A DNA stretch of 57,563 nucleotides. Origin: Octopus sinensis (Eukaryota). This document shows positions 1 to 13,089 of this stretch, in pieces (positions within the stretch are counted from its first letter, which is position 1; each line of letters opens with the position of its first letter). The notes below the pieces were generated by a model, which was not told the DNA's origin, ran no database searches, and was given only the letters and a program-made list of their open reading frames with translations. A program made the translations under genes and the position numbers. Where the stretch lies: NCBI RefSeq assembly GCF_006345805.1, contig NW_021833594.1, positions 1-57,563 of the forward strand. Reading direction: 5' to 3'.

Positions 1-179
1 TCAGACTATTAAATTGTTTTCCTCTCCAATCTATCGCCATCTACGCATCCTTCTCTCTATCCTCTTTTTACTTTATCTTCTCTTTCACCCTCTGGAATCA
101 CACTATCGTACCACTACTGCATATATCTCTCTGAGATATTTAGAAATGTATTATTTCTATTTTTGTAACCAGTGAATTT

Positions 180-440
180 ATTTCACTAGAATTCTTATAT
201 GTTTACAAAGGCTAGACAGGCATCTCCAACTAGCAGGCCATGCTACTCCTGACTGATGACGAGCAAAGACTCAGAAACTAGTCTCTGGGTGCAGGCTTAG
301 CTGGGTGGGGGTGCTTATCTCCCCCTTGTAAACATAAGGATACAGGAAATGTGTCAAGGCCGACAGGAAGCGTTGCTGCTTCCTATGGCTAAATAGCAGT
401 AGTGTAATTCCCTTCATGGGACTGTCACATTAAGTTTCAT
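180..440 (+). mobile_element. Diverged copy of the ~260-bp hammerhead-bearing repeat (family of 41294-41560 and 41938-42195), followed by (AT)n
   Basis: Shares motifs with the intronic copies (GGATACAGGAAATGTGTCAAGGCC vs GGGCATAGAAAGTGTGTCAATAGCC; CTTCCTATGGCTA vs CTCCTGGGGCTA; TTTCA(C/T) end then microsatellite). Left boundary approximate. Confidence 0.55.
237..295 (+). ncRNA. Degenerate type I hammerhead ribozyme motif
   Basis: CTGATGA 253-259; stem II CGAG-CAAAGA-CTCA (first pair C.A mismatch); GAAA 274-277; palindromic ACTAGT stem III; GTC triplet 281-283; stem I TCCTGA/TCTGGG (one mismatch) plus distal GCC(A)TGC/GCAGGC. Confidence 0.5.
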
Positions 441-469
441 ATATATATATGCCGATATTTCTATTTGTC

Positions 470-1306
470 TGGTTGTCCCAAAAGTTCGTAAACATTGCGC
501 AGAGCCGGGTACTTTTGCTTCAACATTTCGTAGACCCGCTCCAGTTGCTGACAGTAAAGTTCGGCACTGATGGCACGACCACTCGGAACCAACTCAAAAT
601 GCCGATTCCTTCAAAGTTCCACCAACGCACAACATGACTTTCTGCTGATCGATCTTGTTTGGAACCGACGGTGTCTCTTTGCCCTTTCTGAACTCATCGC
701 TTGTCTCGATTGTGCTGGACCAGATAGACCCATTTCTCGTCCGAAGTCACAATGCGCTTCCAAAACCAGTCGTCCAATGGATTGCTGAGCAATTGACGAC
801 AAATTTCAACTCGTCTGTTGGATTGTGCTTTGGTGAGTTCGTGTGGATCTTGGCGTGGCTTTTTGTGAACAAAATCATGTTGCCTCAAGTGTCGGTGAAT
901 TGTTGATTTGCCAACTCCAAGCTCATCAGCCAATTCTCGAGTACTCGATGAAGGCGCAATGTTCAACCCGGTTTGTAAGTCTCCATCATCTAACCTTAAC
1001 GCGCCGTCCCGAACGAGGCTTATCTTCAAGAGTCATGCCAGAATCGAAACGCTTGTACCCTTTGAGATCGCCGCATATGCAATTGTTCCTTCACCTTCGG
1101 CAGCACAAATCTCTTCTGCAGCTTTTCTGGTTGAAAGACCTCGCTTCCAGCAGTAACGAATCAAAACTCGCAGCTCAATTTTATTCATGGGCATCTGGAA
1201 TATAAAGATGACGGTAACTATAACAATATAAACCCAAACAAACAATTAAAAATTGCATAAAAATTCAAATTTTCGCAAGTGTTTACGAACTTTTGGGACA
1301 AGCTTA
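470..1306 (-). mobile_element. Internally deleted mariner (Tc1/mariner) element with both TIRs; transposase pseudogene lacking the C-terminal catalytic half
   Basis: Perfect 21-bp inverted repeat TTGTCCCAAAAGTTCGTAAAC (473-493 / 1281-1301). Frameshifted transposase: MNKIELRVLIRYCWKRG, HTH STRELADELGVGKSTIHRHL, DPHEL (WVPHEL-like), RIVTSDEKW; jumps directly into the 3' TIR after KYPAL. Confidence 0.9.
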
Positions 1307-2055
1307 TATATCTACCTATCTGTCCGTCTGCTAATCTGATTCTGTGTGTGCGTGAGTGTCTCCCTTATATACATGGATACACACGCATATATATACACGC
1401 GCGTACACACGCGCACACACACATGCACAAAATGAAAGCAGACAAACAGATAAAAAGAGGGAAAGAGAACTTTCGAGAGAAATTTAGAGGTAATACAGAT
1501 ATAAAAGGAAGAGAGAGAGAGTAAGAACAAAAAAAAAGGTGATAGAGAGATGTGGGACAAAGAGAGAGAGAGAGAGGGAGAGAGAGAGGGATAGAGAGAG
1601 AGAAGACAAAATAAGCGCCAAAGATATGAGAACACCAAATCATTGAAGAAAAAAACTGAAAATTTATGGAAAAATAAAAAATAAAGAAAATGAAAAAAAG
1701 CATTCACACACACAAAAAAAACCCCGAAAACAGTAAGAAAGACCAAGAATTAGTCAACTAAGGAAGAATTTAGAGGGGAGTTTCTGTGAATTGGGCTTCC
1801 GAAAATAATCTATAGGAAATAAAATTTAAAAAATAAAAATACGCATTACAAAACCATTTCTTTTTTGTGAGATTTTGATAAAAACATTTCTGATAATAAA
1901 AATTTACAATTTTGTTTTATCTTTCATGTTGTTGTTGTTGTTGTTGTTGTTGTTATTGTTGTTGTTGAAGAATATTCTAGTAGAACGTAATTGAAATAAT
2001 ATTTTAAATTTGGAATATTTTAGATTTAAATTTCAAACGACTAAATTCTGTAAGG

Positions 2056-2101
2056 GTGGTGGTAGTGGTAGTGGTACAACTACTACTACTACTACTACTA
2101 C

Positions 2102-2144
<43 letters not shown>

Positions 2145-2230
2145 ACTGCTGCTACTGCTGCGGCTGCTACTGTTGCTGCTGCTACTACTACTACTACTAC
2201 TGCGATTGCTACTACAATACTACTACTGTC
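2056..2230. repeat. Compound trinucleotide microsatellite (TAC/TAA/GCT)n
   Basis: Directly visible; explains the poly-T/N/A and poly-L/I ORFs. Confidence 0.9.
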
Positions 2231-2715
2231 ACTACTACCGCTTTTGTGGCTCTTTTGTGGCTAGAAATAACAACCGAATAACCCTTAGATCATAATACTA
2301 CCGCCATAGAAAAGAAACAAAATATTCTGACAGTCTTGTAGATAGGAGCAAAGTGGGATGGTCACATTTGGTATGTCCGTGATAAAATGTTCGCTTGAAC
2401 ACTGCGACCATTTTCCCGTCTGACATGAATGAATGACTTTGATGGGGTGGGGAGTAAGAAAGGAGAATTTTTTTTTAATTTGATCTTTTAAAAAAAAAGT
2501 ATTATTTGTAATTATAATCCATCCTTCTTCGAAACCCCCTACTTTTGCGAAGATCATGGGGATAGAATCCTTAGGGTCTTATCATACTCAACCTTCATTA
2601 CTCTTTCCGGCTGGATTCACAAGTGTGAGTAGCTGAGGCATTGCATATCTAGTCTATCTGGATTCACACATACACACACACACACACACATACTCACACA
2701 AACACATGCGCACGT

Positions 2716-3134
2716 ATCTTTTTATCTTTTTATCTTTTACTTGTTTCAGTCACCCGACTGCTGCCATGCTGGAGCACCGCCTTTTAGTCGAGCAAATTGA
2801 CCCCGGGACTTATTCTTTGTAAGCCCAGTACTTATTCTATCGGTCTCATTTTGCCGAACCGCTAAGTGACGCGGACATAAACACACCACCATCGGTTGTC
2901 AAGCAATGTTAGGGGGACAAACACAGACACACAAACATATACACGCACGCACATATATATATATATACATATATACGACGGGCTTCTTTCAGTTCCGTCT
3001 ACCAAATCCACTCACAGGCATTGGTCGGCCCGGGGCTATAGCAGAAGACACTTGCCCAAGATGCCACGCAGTGGGACTGAACCCGGAACCATGTGGTTGG
3101 TCAGCAAGCTACTTACCACACAGCCACTCCTGCG

Positions 3135-3135
<1 letters not shown>
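2716..3135 (-). mobile_element. tRNA-derived SINE family A (CORE-like, internal TA/TG microsatellite), near full length
   Basis: Head with A-box TGGCTGTGTGG and B-box GGTTCAGTCC; CORE-like TTGGGCAAGTGTCTTC; 3' end CAGTCA..TGACTGAAACAAGTAAAAGA repeats. Resemblance to the Octopus OR SINEs is from recall. Confidence 0.85.
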
Positions 3136-3175
<40 letters not shown>

Positions 3176-3370
3176 ATATACGTATGTGTGTGTGTATAGA
3201 GAGATAGATGGACAGATAGATAGTTGCCATATTTCCTTCCATAACAGCTACCTCTGAAGAGTACAGGGTTACAAAATCGTACTGTTTACCTACCTAACAC
3301 TCCGTTGACCCCTAGTGCCAAAACAATTGGTAATATCGGCCGTAATGAATATATAATACTGTATACTTCG

Positions 3371-3401
<31 letters not shown>

Positions 3402-3453
3402 GTATGTATGTATGTATATATATATATATATATATGTATTATGTATGTATATT

Positions 3454-3489
<36 letters not shown>

Positions 3490-4535
3490 AATCTTCATTT
3501 ATATATACATGTATCCTCACAACCCTGGGAGAGTTGTGAGGATAGTGTCCTCTGATACCTCCTTTCATAGGGACCTATAGAAGGCATCCACCGTTATATA
3601 GATTCCCAAGCATGTCTAATGATCTCATTTGGTCTACCCATATTCACACACACACACACACACACATACACATCCATCCACTTAATGACGTCGGGAACGA
3701 AATTTGCTTAAGGAGTGCAAATCCAGGTGCAAAGTTTATTACAGACGAGGTTTAATTGCTTTTTTAAAATTTACTTTTGTGCTTTGTTCTAGAAGAATAA
3801 ATTTAACTTCAAGTTACTTTTTAACAAATCACTGTTTTCTTAACCAAAGAAAATTAATTAGGAGCGCAAATTTTGATTTTACACCCACCAAAAAAATTCT
3901 AGGGGCGTTTAAACCTTCTGCACGCCACTGTTCCCGGGTCCATGCATCTAAACAATTTTTTTCTTTTTTATTTTTGCCCATTTCTTTGGGTAAAATCCTC
4001 AAGTATCTTCTCCATAGGATCCCATCAGATGTAACTATCGCTACACTTTCCGACAAGATTCCCAGGCGCGACCACAATTGAGACTATGGATTTATCGAAC
4101 CATCTCTGGATAATATCTGACCTATTCCAAGGTCTCCTGCCATTTGGCTCGGCTTGAAGAATATGTCTCGTGATTCTTTTATACCACATATTTAACCCCT
4201 ACTTTTATTTGTCCCTTGTTCGATCTCAAACCATGTTTAATCGAAATATGCTCATGATTTTGGTTTAGAAAACATTCTTTTAAGCATACGTCTTGTACGA
4301 GTAGAATTGACTTTTGACTTAAACAGCAACAAAAACAGAAGTAGCGGCAGCAGCAGCAACAACAACAACAACCAAGTCAACAACAGCGACAATATGATGA
4401 GCGTGAGCTTGTGTAAAATCTTCGGAATCTGTGTCAGTTTCGCGTTATTGAAATAGATTTCGTCTGCATGTTATTACTTTCTTTCGGATTTTATTATCGC
4501 TCCTACATCATAAATGCAGGTGAAATTATTTCTCT

Positions 4536-4590
<55 letters not shown>

Positions 4591-4625
4591 GTATATGTAT
4601 ATTATTATATATATATATATATGTG

Positions 4626-4661
<36 letters not shown>

Positions 4662-5575
4662 GAGAGCGAGAGAGAGAGAGTGAGATGCGTGTGTAGATAT
4701 TTGTATATACATGTGCATAATTACGTATATGTAAATATGTATACATATGCATACACACACACATACAAACGCACACACACACACACACACACACATACAC
4801 GCATATATAGAGAGAGAGGGGAGAGAGAGACAGAGAGAAAGATGGAGATGAAATCGTTTCCCAGGAAGAATATCGAGATAATAATAATTTTTGAGATAAA
4901 AATGACTTGTTTCCATGGTTTCAGCGATTCCTGAAAATAAGGTGACGAATAACTAAAAGAAAAAAGAAAAGAAAAAAAAGAAGGAAAAATTCTAATAAAA
5001 CAGCAAATATTACGTTTGGAAAGGAAATTTTAAAGTCTGAAAGGTTTGGAAGAAATGTTGCCATCAGAATACATTTTGTGATTATGGTACAGGCGATGAT
5101 GGTACCATCATTCCACTGTAGGAAATGGTAAATGGATGTTCTGCTGTTATTTTATTTGCAATTGGAAATATTCTGTTATGGGTTTACCTTGTTATGGGTG
5201 ATAGTTGTCACTTTTAATTGGACACTAAAAACAAAAAATAAAAGAAAACCCATTTCAAGAGGTGATGCGAGAACCTGTTCATAGACGATCAATTTGCTAG
5301 AAATAACAGTGAAATCTCCCCTTACAAATGGTATTATAAAGTATTATATAAGAACAGGACACGTTGGGTGATCTAATCATCAGGTGATATTTCTAAAGGA
5401 GACGAGTTGATTACCGCTGAAATACCTGTAGTCTGCTTATTCAGGGTTGACCTTAGGCTTAACGATGACAGCAACAACAACAACAGCATTAATTTTTACG
5501 ATATTATTTTATGGGCAAATAAAAGAGAAAAACTGGAATGACCATAAACGAAAACCATTTTCCGAAACGCCCATA

Positions 5576-5607
<32 letters not shown>

Positions 5608-6164
5608 TCGTCAATGCTTTCCAAGTACCGTACAATACGTTTTTATTAAATGATGGTGAAGCACTTGACAATTCTCTCTGGTAGAAGTAAGTATCTTCTT
5701 CATTTACTGAGAAAGAAATGAAAGAGAATAAATAAATGAAGAAATAAATGAAGAAAAAAAAAAATTTTTAATCTCTACCTCACACAAAGAGCAAAATGCG
5801 TACACAGCTACGTACACAATCACACACACAACCGCGAACACAACTGCGCAGACAGCTGCACAGCCAACTGCATATGCAGCCGTGCACACAAAAGCACACA
5901 AACAACTAAGCACACGGAAACCCGTTTTGTCGTTATTCTCTAAATCTATCCTTCAGTTAAAGGCAGATTCCTTCAATAAAAATAGTTTATTACAAATGAT
6001 ATTATGACACCACCATTCTGGCTTTTTTCGTTGAGTTCAAATCCCGCTGAATTCAAATTTGCGTTTTATCCTTCCGAAAACAATAAAATAAAGTAGAGAG
6101 AGAGAGATGTCGCGTAACGACAGTTAGAAGGAGAGGAAGAGAATGAAAGACAGAATTTTAATAT

Positions 6165-6330
6165 AAGGCGACGAGCTGGCAGAAACGTTAGCATAGCGGG
6201 CGAAATGCTTGGCGGTATTTCGTCTGCCACTACGTTCTGAGTTCAAATTCTGCCGAGGTCGACTTTGCCTTTCATCCTTTCGGGGTCGATTAATGAAGTA
6301 CCAGTTACGCACTGGGGTCGATGAAGTTCC
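6165..6330 (+). mobile_element. tRNA-derived SINE family B, 3'-truncated
   Basis: GGCGACGAGCTGGCAGAAACGTTAGC head, GAGTTCAAATTC B-box, GTCGACTTTGCCTTTCATCCTTTCGGGGTCGAT body. Confidence 0.8.
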
Positions 6331-6503
6331 ACTCTAATGCCTAAAACCGCAAACATTACGTAAATTTTCACTTCGAATGTTTTGCGTAAACTGGCATTGC
6401 AAGCTGAGTTGCTACAGAAACAATTGTAACGAATCATTAAAGATTTATTAAAGAATTTCTTTGTCATATCTTATTATTTGTGTGTCTATGTATATATACA
6501 TAG

Positions 6504-6924
6504 ACAGGAGTGGCTGTGTGGTTAGTAGCTTCTTTACCAACCACATGGTTCCGGGTTCAGTCCCACTGCGTGGCACGTTGGGCAAGTGTCTTCTACTATA
6601 GCCTTGGACCGACCAAGGCCTTGTGAGTGGATTTTGTAGAAGGAAACTGAAAGAAGCCCATCGTATATATATATATATATATATGTATATGTATGTGTAT
6701 GTGTGTGTGTTTGTGTGTCTGTGTTTGTCCCCCTAGCATTGCTTGACAACCGATGCTGGTGTGTTTATGTCCCCGTAACTTAGCGGTTCGGCAAAAAAGA
6801 CCGATAGAATAAGTACTGGGCTTACAAAGAATAAGTCTCGGGGTCGAGTTGCTCGATTAAAGGCGGTGCTCCAGCATGGCCGCAGTCAAATGACTGAAAC
6901 AAGTAAAAGAGTAAAAGAGTAAAG
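6504..6924 (+). mobile_element. SINE family A, full length
   Basis: Same head/CORE/microsatellite/tail layout as 2716-3135; (AAAAGAGT)n tail. Confidence 0.85.
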
Positions 6925-7032
6925 TATATATTTTTTTTTATGCGTGTATGCGTCTATACATACATACATGCATACATACATATATATATATGTGTGTGTG
7001 TATGTGTGTGTGTGTGTGTGTGTGTGTTAAAC

Positions 7033-7367
7033 AAAATAAGATAGCAAGGCCAAGGCAATTTGGTACTCCTAGGACATTTATAAATAGAAAGGTGGTCTTA
7101 CAGCTGTTTCGGGGAAATAAATAATATCCCATTTTCATATTTTCCTTTCATACTTTCTGCATTTTATCTAATTTCTTGTATATCTGTCCATCTCCAGAAT
7201 AACTTCTTCCAAAAAAATGAGCTCCACTAATTCCTTCTATTGAGGCTCTTTCAACTCGCCTCTGATGATAGGATACCATTTATTTCCCTGAAACAGCTGT
7301 AAGACCACCTTTCTATTTATAAATGTCCTAGAAATATCAAATTGCCTTGGCCTTGTTATCTTATTTT
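7033..7367. mobile_element. Fold-back element with hammerhead-like cores in its arms (probably Penelope pseudo-LTR derived)
   Basis: Inverted arms of ~90-100 bp. Right arm: CTGATGA 7262-7268 ... GAAA 7290-7293, palindromic ACAGCTGT, GTA triplet 7299-7301. Left arm has the mirrored but decayed core. Confidence 0.65.
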
Positions 7368-7529
7368 CTTTAATATATACACGCTCACACATGACCTACC
7401 TTAGACTTTTCACTCATGCTATTATCGAACCGTGAGCTTAACAGCGGCCCTTCCGTAGCATTTACATAGTCTTACCTGCCTTTTGGGTCTTCTGGATACC
7501 AAAATATCTCATATGATATATACACATAC

Positions 7530-7705
7530 ATACACATACATTGTGCTTCTTTCAGTTTCTGTGTTTCTTTCTCCAGAATCCACTCACAAAGCTTTGGTCG
7601 GCCTGAGGCCAAAGTTGTAGACACACTCAAGGTGTCATGCTGGACTGAACCCGGACCCACGGGATCATGTGGTTTAGAAGCAGACTTCTTACCACACAGC
7701 CATGC
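7530..7705 (-). mobile_element. SINE family A, 5' half
   Basis: Head and CORE-like segment, diverged. Confidence 0.7.
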
Positions 7706-8029
7706 CTAAATGAATAAAGAAGCAATAAGCAAACAAATAAATGAATATCTAAATGGTTTTGTGTGTTGTCGAAAGGAAAACACAGAGTCAAACAACGAAA
7801 GGGCCTCGACCTGGTTACTCAGCCTCCCAAAAATAGTTATCGAATCTCCCTCAATTCACAACATAACATCTTTTTTTTAAAAAAAAGAGGGATCACATTA
7901 TATAATGCACTCCTTGGTGCTCAATGCCCGCAAAAAAAGCATGGCTGGATAGTCAAAGCCGGAACGTTTTTGCTCGTACAATTGCTCAACGAGGACTTAT
8001 CTAAAGAAAAACAGCAACAAAAACAGTTG

Positions 8030-8038
8030 CTGCTGCCG

Positions 8039-8072
<34 letters not shown>

Positions 8073-8135
8073 AACTACTACTACTACTACTACTACTGAT
8101 CTAGAGAAAAACAACAAAAACAGTTACTGCTGCCG

Positions 8136-8227
<92 letters not shown>

Positions 8228-8300
8228 GCTGTTGCTGCTGCTGCTATTACTACTACTATTACTACTACTGCTTCTGCTGCTGTTGCTGCTACTCTAACAA
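8030..8300. repeat. (CTA/CTG)n trinucleotide tracts
   Basis: Directly visible. Confidence 0.9.
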
Positions 8301-8587
8301 TAACAAAATCAATACTTCGTTTTGATTGCAGGAGGAGAAATAGCAGAGGAAGAGGGGGCAATTTTTTTTATTGTTTGTTTTCTTTCTTCCTGTTTACTTG
8401 TTCCTTTGTTTTTATTGTTTTGTTTTAGTTGCCTGCAAATGATTAACAGGTAAGATTAAAGACAGAAATGATTGATGATACGAGTTCATTAATGAGAAGA
8501 AAATACAAGCCACAGCAGGTGGGTGGGGGGAACATTGCAGTAAGGGTAAGGGGGTGAGGGGAGAAAGAAGTGTTTCTTTTTTTTTAT

Positions 8588-8811
8588 ATACTCTTTTACT
8601 CTTTTACTTGTTTCAGTCATTTGACTGCGGCCATGCTGGAGCACCGCCTTTTGTCGAGCAAATCGACCCCGGGACTTATTCTTTTGTAAGCCCAGTACTT
8701 ATTCTATCGGTCTCTTTTTGCCGAACCGCTAAGTGACGGGGACGTAAACACACCGGCATCGGTTGTCAAGCAATGCTAGGGGGACAAACACAGACACACA
8801 AACACACACAC

Positions 8812-8854
<43 letters not shown>

Positions 8855-9002
8855 TACGACAGGCTTCTTTCAGTTTCCGTCTACCAAATCCACTCACAAG
8901 GCATTGGTTGGCCCGGGGCTATAGCAGAAGACACTTGCCCAAGATGCCACGCAGTGGGACTGAACCCGGAACCATGTGGTTGGTTAGCAAGCTACTTACC
9001 AC
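8588..9002 (-). mobile_element. SINE family A, near full length
   Basis: High identity to 44213-44600 and 2716-3135. Confidence 0.85.
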
Positions 9003-9519
9003 ACTATTTATTTTATTTATTTTATTTTCTCTATTACTTTCTTTGATTGATATTTCTTTTATGAATCTACAAATTTGGAGTCAACCAGTATTGTCGTTGA
9101 AAGGAGATTTACAAATTCTGGAAAAAAATAATAACATGACCATTTTCGAATTATAAATCCATAAGCTTAGAGATTAGGATGTTCTTGAACGAAAGGAAAA
9201 ATAAGAAGAAAAGTGTTACTAAAAAAGAAATATATGTCAAAGATTTTCGAATAAAGAGAAAAAATAATATATTAAATAAGACTGTAATGGGCGGAGGAGA
9301 CCAAACGATAAATGGTGAGAATCAGCGAGAATCCGCGAGAATGAAAATGGACAGATTAAAGAGTAAAGTATGACGGTGAAGAGAATAAGGAACCAAAAGA
9401 AGGAACCAAAACTATGGAAATGATCCCAACAGGCAACAAGAATTTTCTGACAAGGGCTTTGGTTGGTGAATCCAAACACGAAATCAGTTTTTTTCCCCTT
9501 TTGAAGCTTCTTTTAAAAA

Positions 9520-9741
9520 AAATATTTTATCTTCTATCTCTTACGTATTTTAGTCATTAGACTGCGGCCATGCTGGAGTACTCCTTTGAGGACTTTTAGT
9601 CGAATGGATCGATTCAAGTACCTGTCTTTAAAGTCTGATACTTGTACTATCAATTACTTTTACCGAACTGCTAAGTTACGGGGACAGAAACAGACTAACA
9701 CCTATTAGTAGTAGGATACAATCACAGACACAAACACACAA

Positions 9742-9813
<72 letters not shown>

Positions 9814-9925
9814 GTATATATGTATATATATATATATATGTATGCATGTATATATGTATATATATATATGTATATATACATACATATATACATATATATA
9901 CATACACATATATACATACACATAT

Positions 9926-10013
<88 letters not shown>

Positions 10014-10165
10014 CACGACAGTTTCCCTCTACCAATTCCACTCAGAAGGCTTTGATCGGCCCGAAGCTATAGTAGACTGACCCAAAGTTCCACACAGTGG
10101 GACTGAACCCGTAATCATGTGGTTAGAGAGCAAACTTTTCACTACACAGCCACTCCTGCGCCCAT
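9520..10165 (-). mobile_element. SINE family A, diverged, with expanded internal microsatellite
   Basis: Tail at 9520-9730, (TA)/(CA) tract 9740-10015, head at 10020-10165. Confidence 0.75.
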
Positions 10166-10264
10166 ATGGTGATTCTTTGTCTTCCTACTGAGCTTATGCT
10201 CAGCGGATAATAGAAATTATATAATGTGTAAATACAACTATTCTTGATTATTATGAGTGAAGAT

Positions 10265-10710
10265 TATGGTAGCGAGTTGGCAGAATCGTTAGCACGCCGG
10301 CCGAAATGCTTAGCGTAAAGAATTAGGTATTTCGTCTGCCGCTACGTTCTGAGTTCAAATTCCGCCCAAGTCGACTTTGCCTTTCATCCTTTCGGAGTCG
10401 ATTAGATAAGTACTAGTTATGCACTGGGGTTGATATAATCGACTTAATCCGTCTGTCTGTCCTTGTTTGTCCCCTCTGTGTTTAGCCCCTTGTGGTTAGT
10501 AAAGAAATTGGCATTTGTTACGACTCACTACGTTCTGAGTTCAAGTTTCGCCGAGGTCACCAGTACTCGACTGGTACTTACTTTATCGACCCCGAAAGGG
10601 ACGAAAGGCAAAGTCGACCTTAGCAGCATTTGAACTCAAGAACGTAAAGACGGACGAAACACCGCTAAGCATTTTGTCCAACATGCTAACGATTCTGGCA
10701 GCTCTCCACT
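10265..10710. mobile_element. SINE family B copies (+ strand 10265-10575; - strand ~10560-10710)
   Basis: Family B head/body motifs in both orientations. Confidence 0.75.
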
Positions 10711-11304
10711 TTTGGACTGGAATACGTAAAATGGCAACGCGAAAATAAAAAAAAAGAACAAAGACCAAACCAAAGAAATCATTGAATATATTTTGTTGGT
10801 TCTGTTAATTCCACCACGTAAACAACAATAGAAACAGAGAAGACACAGAAAGCAGAAAAACCAAAATTCATCGGACGGAAATAAGGTTAGTATGAGATTG
10901 TGTTTGGATATTGTTTATAAACGTAACAAAAGAGAGGACGCCATGTGTCTGATACCCTCACACAGGCAATTGCTCTGCGGGGAATTCCAATTTGTTTAGC
11001 TGCAACATTATTGATACACATGGTAGCGATGATGGAGATTATCTGTAGTGATATATCGAGGTTCTTCACTATCTTAGATCCATGCTGGGATTACAGCAGG
11101 ATTTATTGGACAGTTTACAGATCATGTCTATTCCAATCAAAGAATAAACTCGGTTCGGAACTGAACAACTTTACATTCTGTTTGATTATGGCATTTGGTG
11201 GTTGGTGCTGTTGCAATGCATGAAGTTTGTCTATTTGTGTGTGTGTGTGTGCGTGTGTGTGTGTATGTGTGTGTGTGTGTGTATGTGTGTGTGCGCGTGT
11301 TTAG

Positions 11305-11905
<601 letters not shown>

Positions 11906-11932
11906 TGTGTGTGTGAGTGTGTGTATGTATAC

Positions 11933-11969
<37 letters not shown>

Positions 11970-12021
11970 AGTGTGTGTGAGTGTGTGTGTGTATGTATAC
12001 ATATATATGTGTGTGTGTGTA

Positions 12022-12052
<31 letters not shown>

Positions 12053-12099
12053 ATATGTCTGCACACAGACAGACAGAAAGAGACAGACACACACATATA

Positions 12100-12235
12100 T
12101 ATGTAATCCTTTCTGCCGAAGAGCGTAAGCTCGAAACGTCAGTGACTTTTCCATTCCTCTCGAGCGTCAAACAAATACATCTGCTCATTGATTCTTACCT
12201 GTCTTCGTCTTTTGTTTTCTGTAAATTTGAATTAT
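12100..12235 (+). mobile_element. Penelope-type pseudo-LTR fragment with a degenerate minimal hammerhead-like motif
   Basis: CTGCCGA-A-GAGC-GTAA-GCTC-GAAACGTC at ~12113-12140; core is mutated and stem I is weak. Confidence 0.4.
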
Positions 12236-12240
12236 GTATA

Positions 12241-13080
12241 TTGGGTCATCCCATAAGTAATGCGGGTAGTAATTTTATTTTGTCTTATTCTTAGTGCAAC
12301 TTTTGAAAAGTGCAGTTTGTTCAATTTTAATAGTTATTGTTTCAAAGCTATAATGGAAGTGACAAATAGCATATTCGGCATATTTTGCTTTTTGAGTTCA
12401 ATAAAGGTTACAACGGAAAATGCGAGGAATATTATTGAAGTAAATGGTGATTGGACAATAAGCGTAAGTCAGTGTCAACGGAAACTACAGCCTAGTCGGA
12501 AACTACAGACTAGAAGACGAGCCTCGTCCTGGAAGATCTGTGGAGCTCGATGAGGACGTCCTGCAAAATCTAGTGGAACAAAATTCCATCGTAACTGTTG
12601 AGGAACCAGCAGAGAAGCTTGGATTTGGTCATTCAATCATCCATCGACACTTGCGCTAGAAGAAAAACGACCATCTTTCGTTTCAAGACCAAAGGTGTTC
12701 TTTCATCAGGATAATGCTCGGCCACATACAGCGAGGATGACTTTCCAAAGGGTGGAGCAGTTTGAATGGGAAACGATGCACCACCCACCATATTCCCCGG
12801 ACATTACCCCATCTGATTATTATTTATTCCACAGTCTTCAAAACCATTTGGATGGAAAAAATATGAATTCTGTAGACGAGGTCAGAACAGTACTGGAGGA
12901 GTGTTTTATGTTACGGAGAAGTGAATTTTGGGAGAGGAGCCTTGCAAGTCTACCAGATAAATGGAAGAGCAATGTAGAAAATGAAGGAGAGTATATTTTA
13001 GACTTTAAAAAAAAACTATATTTAAATTTTGAGAAATAAAAGAAGTATATATAAACCGCATTATTTATGGGATGACCCTA
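12241..13080 (+). mobile_element. Internally deleted mariner element, both TIRs, TA target duplication
   Basis: 25-bp TIRs T(T/A)GGGTCATCCCATAA(G/A)TAATGCGG flanked by TA. C-terminal transposase FFHQDNARPH...HPPYSPDITPSDYYLF (D34D-type) at 12695-13000; frameshifted N-terminus/HTH at 12350-12660; first catalytic Asp region missing. Confidence 0.92.
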
Positions 13081-13089
13081 TATATAAAA

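Noticed and set aside
3700-4260. Possible old DNA-transposon relic (also 23150-23450 and 55788-56040)
   Set aside because: Only faint mariner-like hints; no paired TIRs or diagnostic motif I can support.
5377-5383. Minus-strand CTGATGA
   Set aside because: No GAAA or stems.
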